Source of the DNA: a candidate division WWE3 bacterium UBA1379
Lineage (GTDB): Bacteria > Patescibacteriota > WWE3 > UBA101185 > UBA10185
NCBI GenBank assembly: GCA_002305475.1
Contig: DBRB01000015.1
Span: forward strand, 72,987-136,986
Reading direction: 5' to 3'
Length of the DNA stretch: 64,000 nucleotides
The position numbers were made by a program, and so were the translations under genes. The notes beneath the pieces were generated by a model. The model was not told the DNA's origin. It was given only the letters and a program-made list of their open reading frames with translations, and made no database searches. The first letter of the stretch is position 1; the number at the start of each line of letters is the position of its first letter. Below, one piece after another: positions 40,239 through 49,895 of this stretch.

Positions 40239-40874
40239 ATGTCGCTTTATTCTATCGGAAAAAGATTAATAGATATTATTGGGGGATTAATAGGAGTGAT
40301 ATTATTTTCCCCTTTCATGATCGGAACAGCTATTTATATTAAATTAGTATCCCCCGGCGGTACTGTATTTGTGGAAGCGGCAAAACGGGTAGGTCGAAAC
40401 GGCAAGGAATTTCCCATGTATAAATTCAGAACTATGATACCTTACGCTCAAAAATGGCTAGAAAACCAGCCGGAACTATATAAAAAATATCAGGAAAACG
40501 GCTATAAACTGGATCCTGATCCCAGATGGATCAAGGGGGCAAAAATCATTCGTAAATTCAGTCTTGATGAATTTCCACAGTTTATTAATGTAGTAAAAGG
40601 TGATATGAGTCTGGTTGGGTATAGGGCCTATTATCGATATGAACTAGATGAGCAGTTATGCATGCATCCGGAAGTAAAAGAATATTTAGATAAAGCATTA
40701 ACCGTCAAACCGGGTATTACGGGAGTATGGCAGACCAGTGGAAGATCGAAAGTAGGATTTGTGGACAGGGTAAAAATGGATGCAGCATACGCTGATAAAC
40801 AATCTTTACTTTATGATATATTTATAATTCTGAAAACACCTTATGTAGTAATTTCAGGAAAAGGAGCTTTTTGA
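40239..40874 (+). CDS. Priming sugar-phosphate transferase (Bac_transf family, small form)
   Basis: KRLIDI, YKFRTM, DPR, SLDEFPQF.NV.KGDMSLVG, KPGITG.WQ. Confidence 0.92.
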   Translation: MSLYSIGKRLIDIIGGLIGVILFSPFMIGTAIYIKLVSPGGTVFVEAAKRVGRNGKEFPMYKFRTMIPYAQKWLENQPELYKKYQENGYKLDPDPRWIKGAKIIRKFSLDEFPQFINVVKGDMSLVGYRAYYRYELDEQLCMHPEVKEYLDKALTVKPGITGVWQTSGRSKVGFVDRVKMDAAYADKQSLLYDIFIILKTPYVVISGKGAF

Positions 40875-42817
40875 TGTCTACTAACTTTTGGCAGCCTAAT
40901 AACAATTCAAGACCTCAGGTTAATCTTAATAACCGGGGATTTAAAAAGAAGAATGGTTGGCTTAAACGTTTAGGAGTCGGCAGTGGGGTGCTGATTGCTA
41001 TTGTAGCTGTAGTCGGAATAATCGGTTTTATCTTGGTAATTAAACCCTTGTTATCTTTAGGTTCAAATGTTAGTGCCTTAAGAGCAGACGGAAGAGCAAT
41101 AAATAAAGCTTTAGTAGATCGGGACGTAGAAGCTATGGAGAAAGCTTTAAACAATACAGAGAAAGATCTCAAGGAATTCCAAATTGCCAGAGATAAGAAT
41201 GTAGGTTGGGCAAGAAACTTCGGTCCTACTAAAGAATACTATGCAGATTCGGAAAGATTTATTAATGCCGGATTATATGTAGTTGCTGCAGGTCGAGAAA
41301 CCGTCAAACTGGTTATGCCCTTCGCAGATGCAGCCGGTCTAAAAGTTTCAGGAGATACCAAGACTTCTTCATCTGAAACCGGACTTGCAGACGCTATCGC
41401 ACAGTGGGTAGCTATCATGCCGCAGATTGCAGATCAGATGGATCCTGCATTAAATTTATTGGATAAAGCAGGAGAAGAATTAAAACCGATTGATGCAAGC
41501 AAGTATCCTGAAAGCATCAGAGGATTTGCGGTACGAACCAACATTGAAGCTGCACAGACTGCATTAAGTTCAGTTGATCAGTATGCTCCCGACATTAAAA
41601 AAGCTTTAACTATTATTCCTAAACTATTAGGGGTAGGCGGTGAAAAACGATACATGATTATCATGCAGAATGATAAGGAAATTCGAGCTACTGGAGGTTT
41701 TTGGACTAACTATGCCACATTTAGAATCAACAACGCCATGTTGGTAAACCATGATATTTCCTCAAAAGATATGTATAGTATTGATCTGACCTTAGACCTG
41801 ATAGATGCTGTACACACCTTCCCTACTGCTCCTGCTGCATATCAGAGGTATCTGAAGGTCGAAAGACTGTATGCAAGAGATGCTAATATATCACCTGATT
41901 TCCCAACAGCAGTAGACAAATTCATGTATTTCTACAAACTCGCCATGCCTTTGGCTCCGGCAGAAATTAAACCGATTGACGGGATTGTGGCAATTGATAC
42001 TGAAGTGATCAAAGAGCTGTTGAATGTTACCGGACCGGTGACTGTAAATGGTGTGACATATAACAAAGATAATGTGGTTTTGGAGCTTGAAAGAACAGCT
42101 TCTCTGGAGTTAAGAGAACAGGTGGGAAGAAAGAAAGTACTGGGTGATCTAATGGAAGGTATGATGAAAAATGTGTTTGAGTCCGATAGAAATCTCTGGC
42201 CGAAAATGATTGAAACCGGAATTGATTTAGTCAACCGTAAGCATATCATTGGTTATTCATTCGATCAGGAAGCTCAGGCACTGATTGAGGAATATAAAAT
42301 TGGCGGAAGAATCATTGATCCGGTGGAAGGCGATTACTCCTATGTAGTATCTACAAACTTAGGTGGAGATAAAACCAACTGGTTTGTTAAAAAAGAAATT
42401 GATCACACCCTTTCCAAAGAAGGCAATAAGTATATAGATACCGTAACTATAAAGTATTCTTATCCACAACCCGGAGCTGAATATTCTCCTTTTGTGAAGA
42501 GATTTAGAGATTGGGTACGGGTCTATGCTCCGCTAAATTCACGACTGATTAATGTAACCGGTTCTGCGGAAGAAGCCGTAACCGATCAGGAGAGAAACAA
42601 AACTTATTTTACGGGTTATATCGAACTGGGACCTGGAGAATCTGCAGAAATGACCTTTAAATATGAACTTGCGGATAGTGTAGTGAAAAACGGAGTATAC
42701 AATCTATACATCCAAAAGCAGTCGGGAACCAACGGTGAAATCCATCGGGTGATAGTAAACGGAAAAACGGAAAATATCACTTTAACCAAAGATGCAGAAA
42801 TCTCTAAAAAACTTTGA
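40871..42817 (+). CDS. DUF4012-like membrane-anchored protein
   Basis: Single N-terminal TM; QNDKEIRATGGF, RDANISPDFP, DGIVAID, N.GG.K.N motifs. Confidence 0.75.
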   Translation: MMSTNFWQPNNNSRPQVNLNNRGFKKKNGWLKRLGVGSGVLIAIVAVVGIIGFILVIKPLLSLGSNVSALRADGRAINKALVDRDVEAMEKALNNTEKDLKEFQIARDKNVGWARNFGPTKEYYADSERFINAGLYVVAAGRETVKLVMPFADAAGLKVSGDTKTSSSETGLADAIAQWVAIMPQIADQMDPALNLLDKAGEELKPIDASKYPESIRGFAVRTNIEAAQTALSSVDQYAPDIKKALTIIPKLLGVGGEKRYMIIMQNDKEIRATGGFWTNYATFRINNAMLVNHDISSKDMYSIDLTLDLIDAVHTFPTAPAAYQRYLKVERLYARDANISPDFPTAVDKFMYFYKLAMPLAPAEIKPIDGIVAIDTEVIKELLNVTGPVTVNGVTYNKDNVVLELERTASLELREQVGRKKVLGDLMEGMMKNVFESDRNLWPKMIETGIDLVNRKHIIGYSFDQEAQALIEEYKIGGRIIDPVEGDYSYVVSTNLGGDKTNWFVKKEIDHTLSKEGNKYIDTVTIKYSYPQPGAEYSPFVKRFRDWVRVYAPLNSRLINVTGSAEEAVTDQERNKTYFTGYIELGPGESAEMTFKYELADSVVKNGVYNLYIQKQSGTNGEIHRVIVNGKTENITLTKDAEISKKL

Positions 42818-43352
42818 AGCGATAGTTCTCAAAAAGATTAACTATAAAGATACGGATCGGATATATACCCTCCTCTCAAAAGAGAGGGGGAAAATATCCG
42901 TATTGGCAAAAGGTGTCAGAAGAATTAACTCCAAAAGAAGCGGTAGTTTAGACACGATGAATCAGGTAGTGGTGGGAATAGCAGAGAATTCTGCTGGATT
43001 TATGACTCTGACTGAAGTAAAAAGCATCAATAGTTTTAAAAATGTGAAAGAGGATCTGGATCGTTCTTTGGCAGGATATTATATGTTAGAGCTAGTAAAT
43101 GAATCAGTGGAGGAGGAATCGGAAGGGTATGAGGTGTTTGAACTATTAAAGACTATGCTTGAAAAACTAAATGATCCGGAAATGAAGATTGGATTTGTGA
43201 TTGGAAAATTCGAATTTATGTTAATGAGGATATTGGGTTATGAACTCAGTTTGGAAAAATTGAGAAGCTTTGGAAAAGAACATATGAATGAAAGATTAAA
43301 AGCTTATGTGAAAGAAGTATTAGATACGGACTTTAAGAGTTTGGAAATATAA
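42792..43352 (+). CDS. recO: DNA repair protein RecO (short form)
   Basis: EAIVLK..NY.D.DRI..L.S...GKI..LAKGVRR..S. Confidence 0.88.
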   Translation: MQKSLKNFEAIVLKKINYKDTDRIYTLLSKERGKISVLAKGVRRINSKRSGSLDTMNQVVVGIAENSAGFMTLTEVKSINSFKNVKEDLDRSLAGYYMLELVNESVEEESEGYEVFELLKTMLEKLNDPEMKIGFVIGKFEFMLMRILGYELSLEKLRSFGKEHMNERLKAYVKEVLDTDFKSLEI

Positions 43353-43370
43353 AAAAACTTATAATTACCA

Positions 43371-45818
43371 CTAGAGAGTAGTAACTGTCACTGTTACATT
43401 AACACTATATGTGCCACTTGGCTGGAATTTATTGCTTCCTACTTCCGATTTAAATTGAACAATCTGATTTGATCCAGTTGTTGTGCTAGTTCTTTGAGCA
43501 ATTTGATATAAAGAGGAAGCGTTAACATTAAGCCACTTTGCAGCAGTAGTATCATTACTCCCCCACGTAGCTGAACTGTAATCTGTAGATGTAGATTTTA
43601 AGCGGGCACCCCATTCGGAATTTGCTGCCGGTATACTCCATAACTCGGGAGTGTTTGCTACAGAGGGTGAGTAGGCACTAATGGTATCACCGTATGTATT
43701 TGTCATTGCAGCCGACGAAGCCTGCCATTCTATTTTATAACCGGAAGGATTATTGGTGATAACAGTCCAGGTAGCTTCACCTATACCGGATGTTCCGGTT
43801 CCGCTGATTGTTCCCATGGAAACATTTGCTGGTGAAGAAACTGAGATGGAAACAGGGTCAACCTGGTAAAATGCTGAATAACTATTTGTGGCGCTGACAC
43901 CGGTATTGTCTATTGTATATAACTGTGCACCATAATTTGTGTTTTTATTAAGAAAGTTATTATTAAACCGTATTTCAAAATTTAGTGTCCAGTTATTACC
44001 GGATGGTGTAGAATCTGCTGCTGTAGATAAAATAGTTGCCGCATTTTGTGTATCAGCGTCTTCGGAAAACGTGTCAGTCGACCTCGTCCATCTAAACATC
44101 AAAGCATTATACGGGGCTGAGTTGTCGCTGGAATTAGCCAGCCTGAGTTGGACATAATTTAGTGTATTACCACTATCAGCATCGGATACTACTGCCCGAA
44201 AGATCCATGTAGTTGAATTATCAGCTACTGCTGCATTTCCTGATCCGCCATAGGGATTAACAAATGTTAGTGAGTTATTTACAGGAGGAATGGATGCCAA
44301 GTATGTCACGGAAAGTATCGGTTTATTTGCTCCGGATTCATATGTCCCCATTGAAACTTCCTGTGAGCTTAAAATACTACTTCCTGGGGCACTTCCCGCT
44401 GCATCACGTGAAGATCTTAAGCAATAGTATGTAGATGCTGTTTTAGATACCCAGGTTGTGGTTAACGCACCGCTGGTAACTGCATCGGGAAGGGTACCTA
44501 TTGTGGAAGTATCTAGCAGTATATTTGGCTCTGCAGCGGCGGATAAACATCCATCATATGCAGTTTCTCTTTGTGTTGCATTTGCAAAATTCTGAACGGC
44601 GCTCCAGTTATAGCGGGCTATTTGAACATCGAAATCAACATTAGCAAAAATATCCCCAGTGACATAAGCTGTGAGAGTAACCTGTGAAACGTATGCCGTA
44701 TCAGGAAGTACACTAGTATCAAAACTGATATATGATCTGGAAATAAGGTATTCAGATACTTGTACTCTCTGTCCAATAACCATGCTTTCAGCAACTGAAT
44801 CCGCACTGGATGAGGTATTACGTGCAGTTGAATATGTAGTGTTTTGACCTCTGATGTAACCATCTGCGGCTAATGAGCCGTAATTTGGATCAATGATTAC
44901 CGGATATTTACGGTTTTCTTTTTTTAGCCATTCAATTCCCTCGTCACTGAGATGTTTTGCTATCCGTACTTCACTGCAGTTTCGTAGATTTTGATTTTCA
45001 TCCAGGCACTCCACCTGATATTTAACTCCGTAACTGAGATTTTCTTCATTATCCTTTTCGTACATATAGGGCTTAGGTAAATAAAGAAACGGTTCATCGG
45101 CATCAGATTTATATAACAGATATCTCCCATCCTCCTCTTTAAAATATAAATTTTTGAGTCTGATATTCTGCGTAATTTTAGGTATTCCTATGTACTCATC
45201 CAAAACTATCTTTTCACTGAGTTTCAATTCATTCAGTTCATAAATAAGATTAAAGCTATTTTTATCAGGTAATGAAAAACTATATACAGCTTGATTTTCT
45301 GAAGATTCAAAATCCGAATTTTCTATACCGCTGTCTATTTTTATATCGATGTCTTTATCGGAGTCATTGAATTCAATTTTATTTATTCCATATAACTCGA
45401 TTACATAATCATCTCTCTCAACTTTAATCATAGTTTTATCATTAGAAGATTTTTCTGAAAAATATGTTTTAAAAGAATTTGTCTTATTCATTAGATCAAA
45501 ATTTTCATCATCTGATTCGACAATTTCCAGTTTTATATCCTCCCAATTTCCATCCTCGGTTTGGTAATGAATAGGGCCGGAAGATATTTTGGTTGTGTAA
45601 TTGTTTCCACCCAGATGAAAAGTTTTTGATGACTCTGTTCTTAAATATTCAATTTCTTCAGGAGTAGGTTCTTTAGATTCTTCTGCATATGTTGAGGAGA
45701 TTGAGACACTTACACAGAGAAATCCGGTAACAACGAGGGAAGGTATGATGAAACGAAACATGTTTAATAGTATCCGTAGCATTGTATTACCAGAGCTTTG
45801 TGATTTGCTCTCTTTCAA
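43371..45818 (-). CDS. Large secreted surface protein/adhesin with C-terminal WxL/pilin-like domain
   Basis: N-terminal hydrophobic signal; RTESSKTF..GPIHY and YPVIIDP; SRSYISFD DNRLRE-like domain; last ~160 aa align by eye with the 46895-47572 protein. Confidence 0.65.
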   Translation of the reverse strand: MKESKSQSSGNTMLRILLNMFRFIIPSLVVTGFLCVSVSISSTYAEESKEPTPEEIEYLRTESSKTFHLGGNNYTTKISSGPIHYQTEDGNWEDIKLEIVESDDENFDLMNKTNSFKTYFSEKSSNDKTMIKVERDDYVIELYGINKIEFNDSDKDIDIKIDSGIENSDFESSENQAVYSFSLPDKNSFNLIYELNELKLSEKIVLDEYIGIPKITQNIRLKNLYFKEEDGRYLLYKSDADEPFLYLPKPYMYEKDNEENLSYGVKYQVECLDENQNLRNCSEVRIAKHLSDEGIEWLKKENRKYPVIIDPNYGSLAADGYIRGQNTTYSTARNTSSSADSVAESMVIGQRVQVSEYLISRSYISFDTSVLPDTAYVSQVTLTAYVTGDIFANVDFDVQIARYNWSAVQNFANATQRETAYDGCLSAAAEPNILLDTSTIGTLPDAVTSGALTTTWVSKTASTYYCLRSSRDAAGSAPGSSILSSQEVSMGTYESGANKPILSVTYLASIPPVNNSLTFVNPYGGSGNAAVADNSTTWIFRAVVSDADSGNTLNYVQLRLANSSDNSAPYNALMFRWTRSTDTFSEDADTQNAATILSTAADSTPSGNNWTLNFEIRFNNNFLNKNTNYGAQLYTIDNTGVSATNSYSAFYQVDPVSISVSSPANVSMGTISGTGTSGIGEATWTVITNNPSGYKIEWQASSAAMTNTYGDTISAYSPSVANTPELWSIPAANSEWGARLKSTSTDYSSATWGSNDTTAAKWLNVNASSLYQIAQRTSTTTGSNQIVQFKSEVGSNKFQPSGTYSVNVTVTVTTL

Positions 45819-46881
45819 CTATTTCTATTTTCTTTTTTCCTGGTTTTACTCTGATTTCAAATTTGGACAGGAATGCAAAGACTAAACCGGCAATCAGAGC
45901 AATAGCACCTAGGATGATATAAATGGTTTGAGCGGGAATGACAAAGAAAGTTATTGATTGGGTATCTTTTTTACCATCATAACCTCTATCTAGCTCCAAC
46001 ACTGCTGAATATTTTCCTATGGCAAATTTCGGCTCCCATGTTAATTCCCGTGATCTGATGGAGTCCCGCAAAATAACCCAATCCTTAATATACAGTTCAT
46101 CAACGCTTTATCCGAATATATCCTTGATCACTATTCTTCCGGAGGGGATTAAGTGAACGTTACCTTCATTTTTAAAAGTCAGAAGAAAATTTATTGCAGG
46201 TTTTGTGAAAATTTTATTTGATGTCCTAAAACTTTGCAGGAAGCCGTTTAGTACCGCTTTATCTTTACCTGTATTAAATAGAAATAGCGCACCAGCACGC
46301 GAAGTAAGAGTAATTCCGGTGGTATTTGCATCATCATCTTCTTTAGCCGTCTGAACAAACACAGCGGAATAATGATCACCAGGTTCAACTTCTTTAGGAA
46401 CTGTAATTTTAATAGGGATATATGCTCTTTCTCCGAATTTTAAAATGATTTTTTCAGTTCCCAGTTGAAACCATGTCTTTGAAGAAAACTGTCCCACACC
46501 TTCTCCAAGAAAATGAGTGTAGTTGTTTGTATCAAGAGATGATGTGAAATCCTCAACATGAAGTTCAAATTCCGTGCTGTTTTTCATCCGGTTGGTAATT
46601 TGAATTTCTGTCCAGATTTCCTGACCCGGCTCAAGATCATAAATGAATCTGGTTGGCCCCAATACAAAATCATTTCTGATTTCCGTACCTTCCTGATGTT
46701 CAATTCTGATCTGCGGTTCAATTGTGGGAGTGGATTCCTCCACTTCAGGTATAGTTTCCGGTATACCTGCAGGGTCTTCAAAAATTTCTTTAATTATTAT
46801 TTCCTCCGCACATACAGTTCGCAATGATAGAGTATAAAGTAACAAGATAAATATTGAAAATAACTGTGTAATTTTTTTCAT
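45787..46881 (-). pseudogene. DUF916/DUF3324-like (WxL-interacting, chaperone-like) membrane-anchored protein interrupted by one in-frame TAA
   Basis: ORFs 46108-46881 and 45787-46071 share a frame, joined by TAA (46108-46110) and 12 sense codons; PGDHYSAV, F.N.GNVH..P.G, GKY.A.L, C-terminal TM + basic tail. Confidence 0.7.
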
Positions 46882-46894
46882 TTATAAACGGGCA

Positions 46895-47572
46895 TTAAAG
46901 GGTGGTTGCCGTCATTGTGACATTAGTGCTGTAAGTTCCCGTAGGAAGGGTATGATTGGCGCCGACCTGTACCCTAAAATATACAGTTTCTGTTGAACCT
47001 GCTGTTTCTGAATTGCGTGTAACAATCTCTCTTGGACTTGTTGCAACGTTAAGCCATTTTTCATCATCCCCGTCAGTACCCCATTCAGAGGTATTGGCAT
47101 CTGTTGAAGCAGATGATAGACGTGCTCCCCATTCTGCATCTGCAGCATCAACCGACCATGCTTCCGGTGTATCCGCAGAACCTGGAGAATAAGCATTTAT
47201 TACATCCGATCCACTGGACATTTCGGCTGTATCAGTAGACCATTCAAGTTTATATCCTGTTGAATTGTTGGTAGTAACGGTCCAGGAAGCCGACCCCCCC
47301 GATGGGCCTGTATCTCCGGTACCTGTGGTTGACCCCAGGTTTACATCAGCCGGAGATGAAATGGAGATGGTTGATCCGATTGTGACATTTACTTGCACTG
47401 TATCCGATGCAGTTGCGGCTTTTGAAATGGGAATCAGATACATGGAGAATACCAATAAATTTATTCCTGCATCGATAAAAAAAATTAGACTGAGTATTTT
47501 GTACTTATTTGGTTTATAGAGAATATGAAATTTATTGGCAGGCATACAAAATAATTGTGATGTATAGGACAA
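46895..47572 (-). CDS. Secreted beta-rich WxL/pilin-like subunit
   Basis: Signal-like N-terminus ending ..SKA; VTTNNSTGYKL; C-terminal GTYSTNVTMTATTL; true start may be ATG 47545. Confidence 0.65.
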   Translation of the reverse strand: MSYTSQLFCMPANKFHILYKPNKYKILSLIFFIDAGINLLVFSMYLIPISKAATASDTVQVNVTIGSTISISSPADVNLGSTTGTGDTGPSGGSASWTVTTNNSTGYKLEWSTDTAEMSSGSDVINAYSPGSADTPEAWSVDAADAEWGARLSSASTDANTSEWGTDGDDEKWLNVATSPREIVTRNSETAGSTETVYFRVQVGANHTLPTGTYSTNVTMTATTL

Positions 47573-47596
47573 ATAAATTCAGTGATGAAAATCACA
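47556..47596. promoter_or_regulatory. Two tandem CRP/FNR-type boxes
   Basis: TGTGA-TGTATA-GGACA (47556-47571) and AGTGA-TGAAAA-TCACA (47581-47596) versus consensus TGTGA-N6-TCACA. Confidence 0.65.
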
Positions 47597-47725
47597 CAAC
47601 ATTAATTATTGGGAAACTTGACCTATTATGCTAAATCATTTACGATTACCAAGATCTCAGCACATACGACTATTTTCTCCGCTGGTTCACAAGTTTTTAA
47701 TATTTTCAATTTATTCTTAAAAGAT

Positions 47726-48361
47726 ATGTCCTACGGGATTGAAGATAAATTTAAAGATGGTCGCAATATGTCTTTTGTAAAAGGAGATATTATACTTTCT
47801 CCTGAGAAAAACGAAGGATGTATCTTTCATATTAATTCTGGTTTGGTAAGGATATTCAGTATAAGCGAGAAAGGTGATGAGGTTACCCTCGGTTTGTTTA
47901 CCTCCAACGAAATATTTCCAATCTGGTCGCTTGGAGGTAAACATAAAAATATCTTTTACTTCGAGGCTTTAACGGAAGTGGAAGTATCCGCATTAAAAAC
48001 GGAACGATGTATAGAGATGATAAAAGATTGTGCAGTCTATTCTTTTGAAATAATGTCATTGATCTCAAAACAATATGGAAATCTTCTAGAAAGAAATGCC
48101 CGATGTAATTCCGGTATAGCATATGAACAGACATCTAACCTACTGTTTGATTTAGCAGAAAGAGTAGGTATTCAGAAAGGTGATTATGTAATTATAAAAG
48201 AGAAACTCTCCCATAAATTGCTGGCTTCGTGGCTGGGTACCAGCCGGGAAACTATAAGCAGGGTATTAAGCAAAATGTCCAAAGATGGGTTGATTGATAA
48301 TATTGACGGTTATATTTCGATAAATACCAAAAAGACTAAGTTTGTACCGAAAAACCAGTAA
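47726..48361 (+). CDS. CRP/FNR-family transcriptional regulator
   Basis: cNMP-binding beta-roll (FHINSGLVRI...G.E) and HTH LASWLGTSRETISRVL; probable start ATG 47726 (track 47609). Confidence 0.9.
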   Translation: MSYGIEDKFKDGRNMSFVKGDIILSPEKNEGCIFHINSGLVRIFSISEKGDEVTLGLFTSNEIFPIWSLGGKHKNIFYFEALTEVEVSALKTERCIEMIKDCAVYSFEIMSLISKQYGNLLERNARCNSGIAYEQTSNLLFDLAERVGIQKGDYVIIKEKLSHKLLASWLGTSRETISRVLSKMSKDGLIDNIDGYISINTKKTKFVPKNQ

Positions 48362-48410
48362 ACAATATATTTCCCAATGTTTATATATTTTATAGTATAC
48401 TTACAGCATT

Positions 48411-49790
48411 ATGCCACAACAAGTATCTATATCGACTCAACAAAAAATCATATCTTTATGTAAAAGACGTGGATTTGTTTTTCCTGGTTCTGAAATATAT
48501 GGAGGTTTAGCTAACACTTACGATTTCGGACCTTTAGGTGTGTTAATGATCAGAAATATTAAAAACAGTTGGTGGGAAACATTTGTGACCAAAAGAAGTG
48601 ATATGTACGGTATGGATACCAGCATTTTAATGTCTCCGAAAGTATGGGAGGCTTCCGGACATACAAAAAGTTTTTCCGATGTTCTTATAGATTGCAAGGA
48701 ATGCAAAACCAGAACCCGCGCAGATCATCTGATCGAAAATTATCTGGAAAAAGATGGTCTTAAACATGATGTAGAAGGGAAAAGTCTAGAAGAGCTGGAA
48801 AAACTGATCAATGAAAACCGGATAGTTTGTCCGAACTGTGGAAAATTTAATTGGACCAAACCCCGTACTTTTAATTTACTGTTTGAAACTCATATCGGAA
48901 TTGTTCCTGAAAATCAGTCACTGGCTTATCTACGGGGAGAAATCGCACAGGGAATGTTTGTGAACTTTGCTAATGTTGTAGATACTATGCGCCCTAAACT
49001 TCCGTTTGGAATTGCTCAGTCAGGAAAGGCTTTTAGAAATGAGATTACACTTGGTAATTTTATTTTCAGAACATTGGAGTTTAATCTGGCGGAGTTTGAA
49101 TACTTTATAGATCCCAGATATAACTGGGAGGATTTCTTTAATTACTGGAAAGTGGAAATGAAGAAGTGGATAATGTCTTTTGGCGTACCGGAGGAAAAAC
49201 TAAGATGGAGAGAACACACACCTGAGGAACGTGCCCATTATTCAAAAATGACCATGGATCTGGAATACGAATATTCATTCGGTTTTAAGGAGATGTTTGG
49301 CCTGGCTTATAGGACGGATTATGATTTAAAAAACCATATCGAAAAATCGGGAGCTAATCTTTATTACGTTGATCCCACCACCTCAGAAAAACTGATTCCT
49401 CATGTGATTGAACCTACTTTTGGGATTAATCGAGTATTTCTGACCCTTTTAGAAAATGCATATTGTGAGGAAGACGAAAGAATTGTTTTGAAACTGGATA
49501 AAAAAGTTGCTCCGTACCGTGCAGCTGTATTTCCTCTGGTCAGAAATAAACCGGATTTGGTGGAAAAAGCCAGGGATATATTCAACAATTTGATTTCACA
49601 GGGATTTTCTTGTGCGTGGGATGATAGAGGAAATATCGGAAAGCGTTATTTAAGCCAGGATGAAATCGGTACACCATCATGCATTACAGTTGATTACCAG
49701 ACTCTTGAAGATGGTACAGTTACGATCAGAGACAGAGATACGACCGAACAGAAACGGATTAAAATTGAAAATATCCATGAATTAATCTGA
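48411..49790 (+). CDS. glyQS: Glycyl-tRNA synthetase (alpha2 type)
   Basis: KRRGFVFPGSEIYGG, YLRGE.AQG, FRNEIT, VIEP.FG, IGKRY..QDEIGTP. Confidence 0.95.
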   Translation: MPQQVSISTQQKIISLCKRRGFVFPGSEIYGGLANTYDFGPLGVLMIRNIKNSWWETFVTKRSDMYGMDTSILMSPKVWEASGHTKSFSDVLIDCKECKTRTRADHLIENYLEKDGLKHDVEGKSLEELEKLINENRIVCPNCGKFNWTKPRTFNLLFETHIGIVPENQSLAYLRGEIAQGMFVNFANVVDTMRPKLPFGIAQSGKAFRNEITLGNFIFRTLEFNLAEFEYFIDPRYNWEDFFNYWKVEMKKWIMSFGVPEEKLRWREHTPEERAHYSKMTMDLEYEYSFGFKEMFGLAYRTDYDLKNHIEKSGANLYYVDPTTSEKLIPHVIEPTFGINRVFLTLLENAYCEEDERIVLKLDKKVAPYRAAVFPLVRNKPDLVEKARDIFNNLISQGFSCAWDDRGNIGKRYLSQDEIGTPSCITVDYQTLEDGTVTIRDRDTTEQKRIKIENIHELI

Positions 49791-49895
49791 TTTTTCAAAT
49801 CTATTTATTACTAGGTTTTAAAAAAACTTTAAATTATTCCAGTTATCATAAAATTTTTATCCGGTGTTAAGTGATGTGTGGACAAGGAGAGAAGC

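Noticed and set aside
46108-46110. Stop-codon reassignment explaining the in-frame TAA
   Set aside because: TAA, TAG and TGA all end conserved genes normally in this window, and long ORFs are intact under code 11
48362-48410. T-box before glyQS
   Set aside because: Only 49 nt of AT-rich spacer with no UGGNACC; looks leaderless
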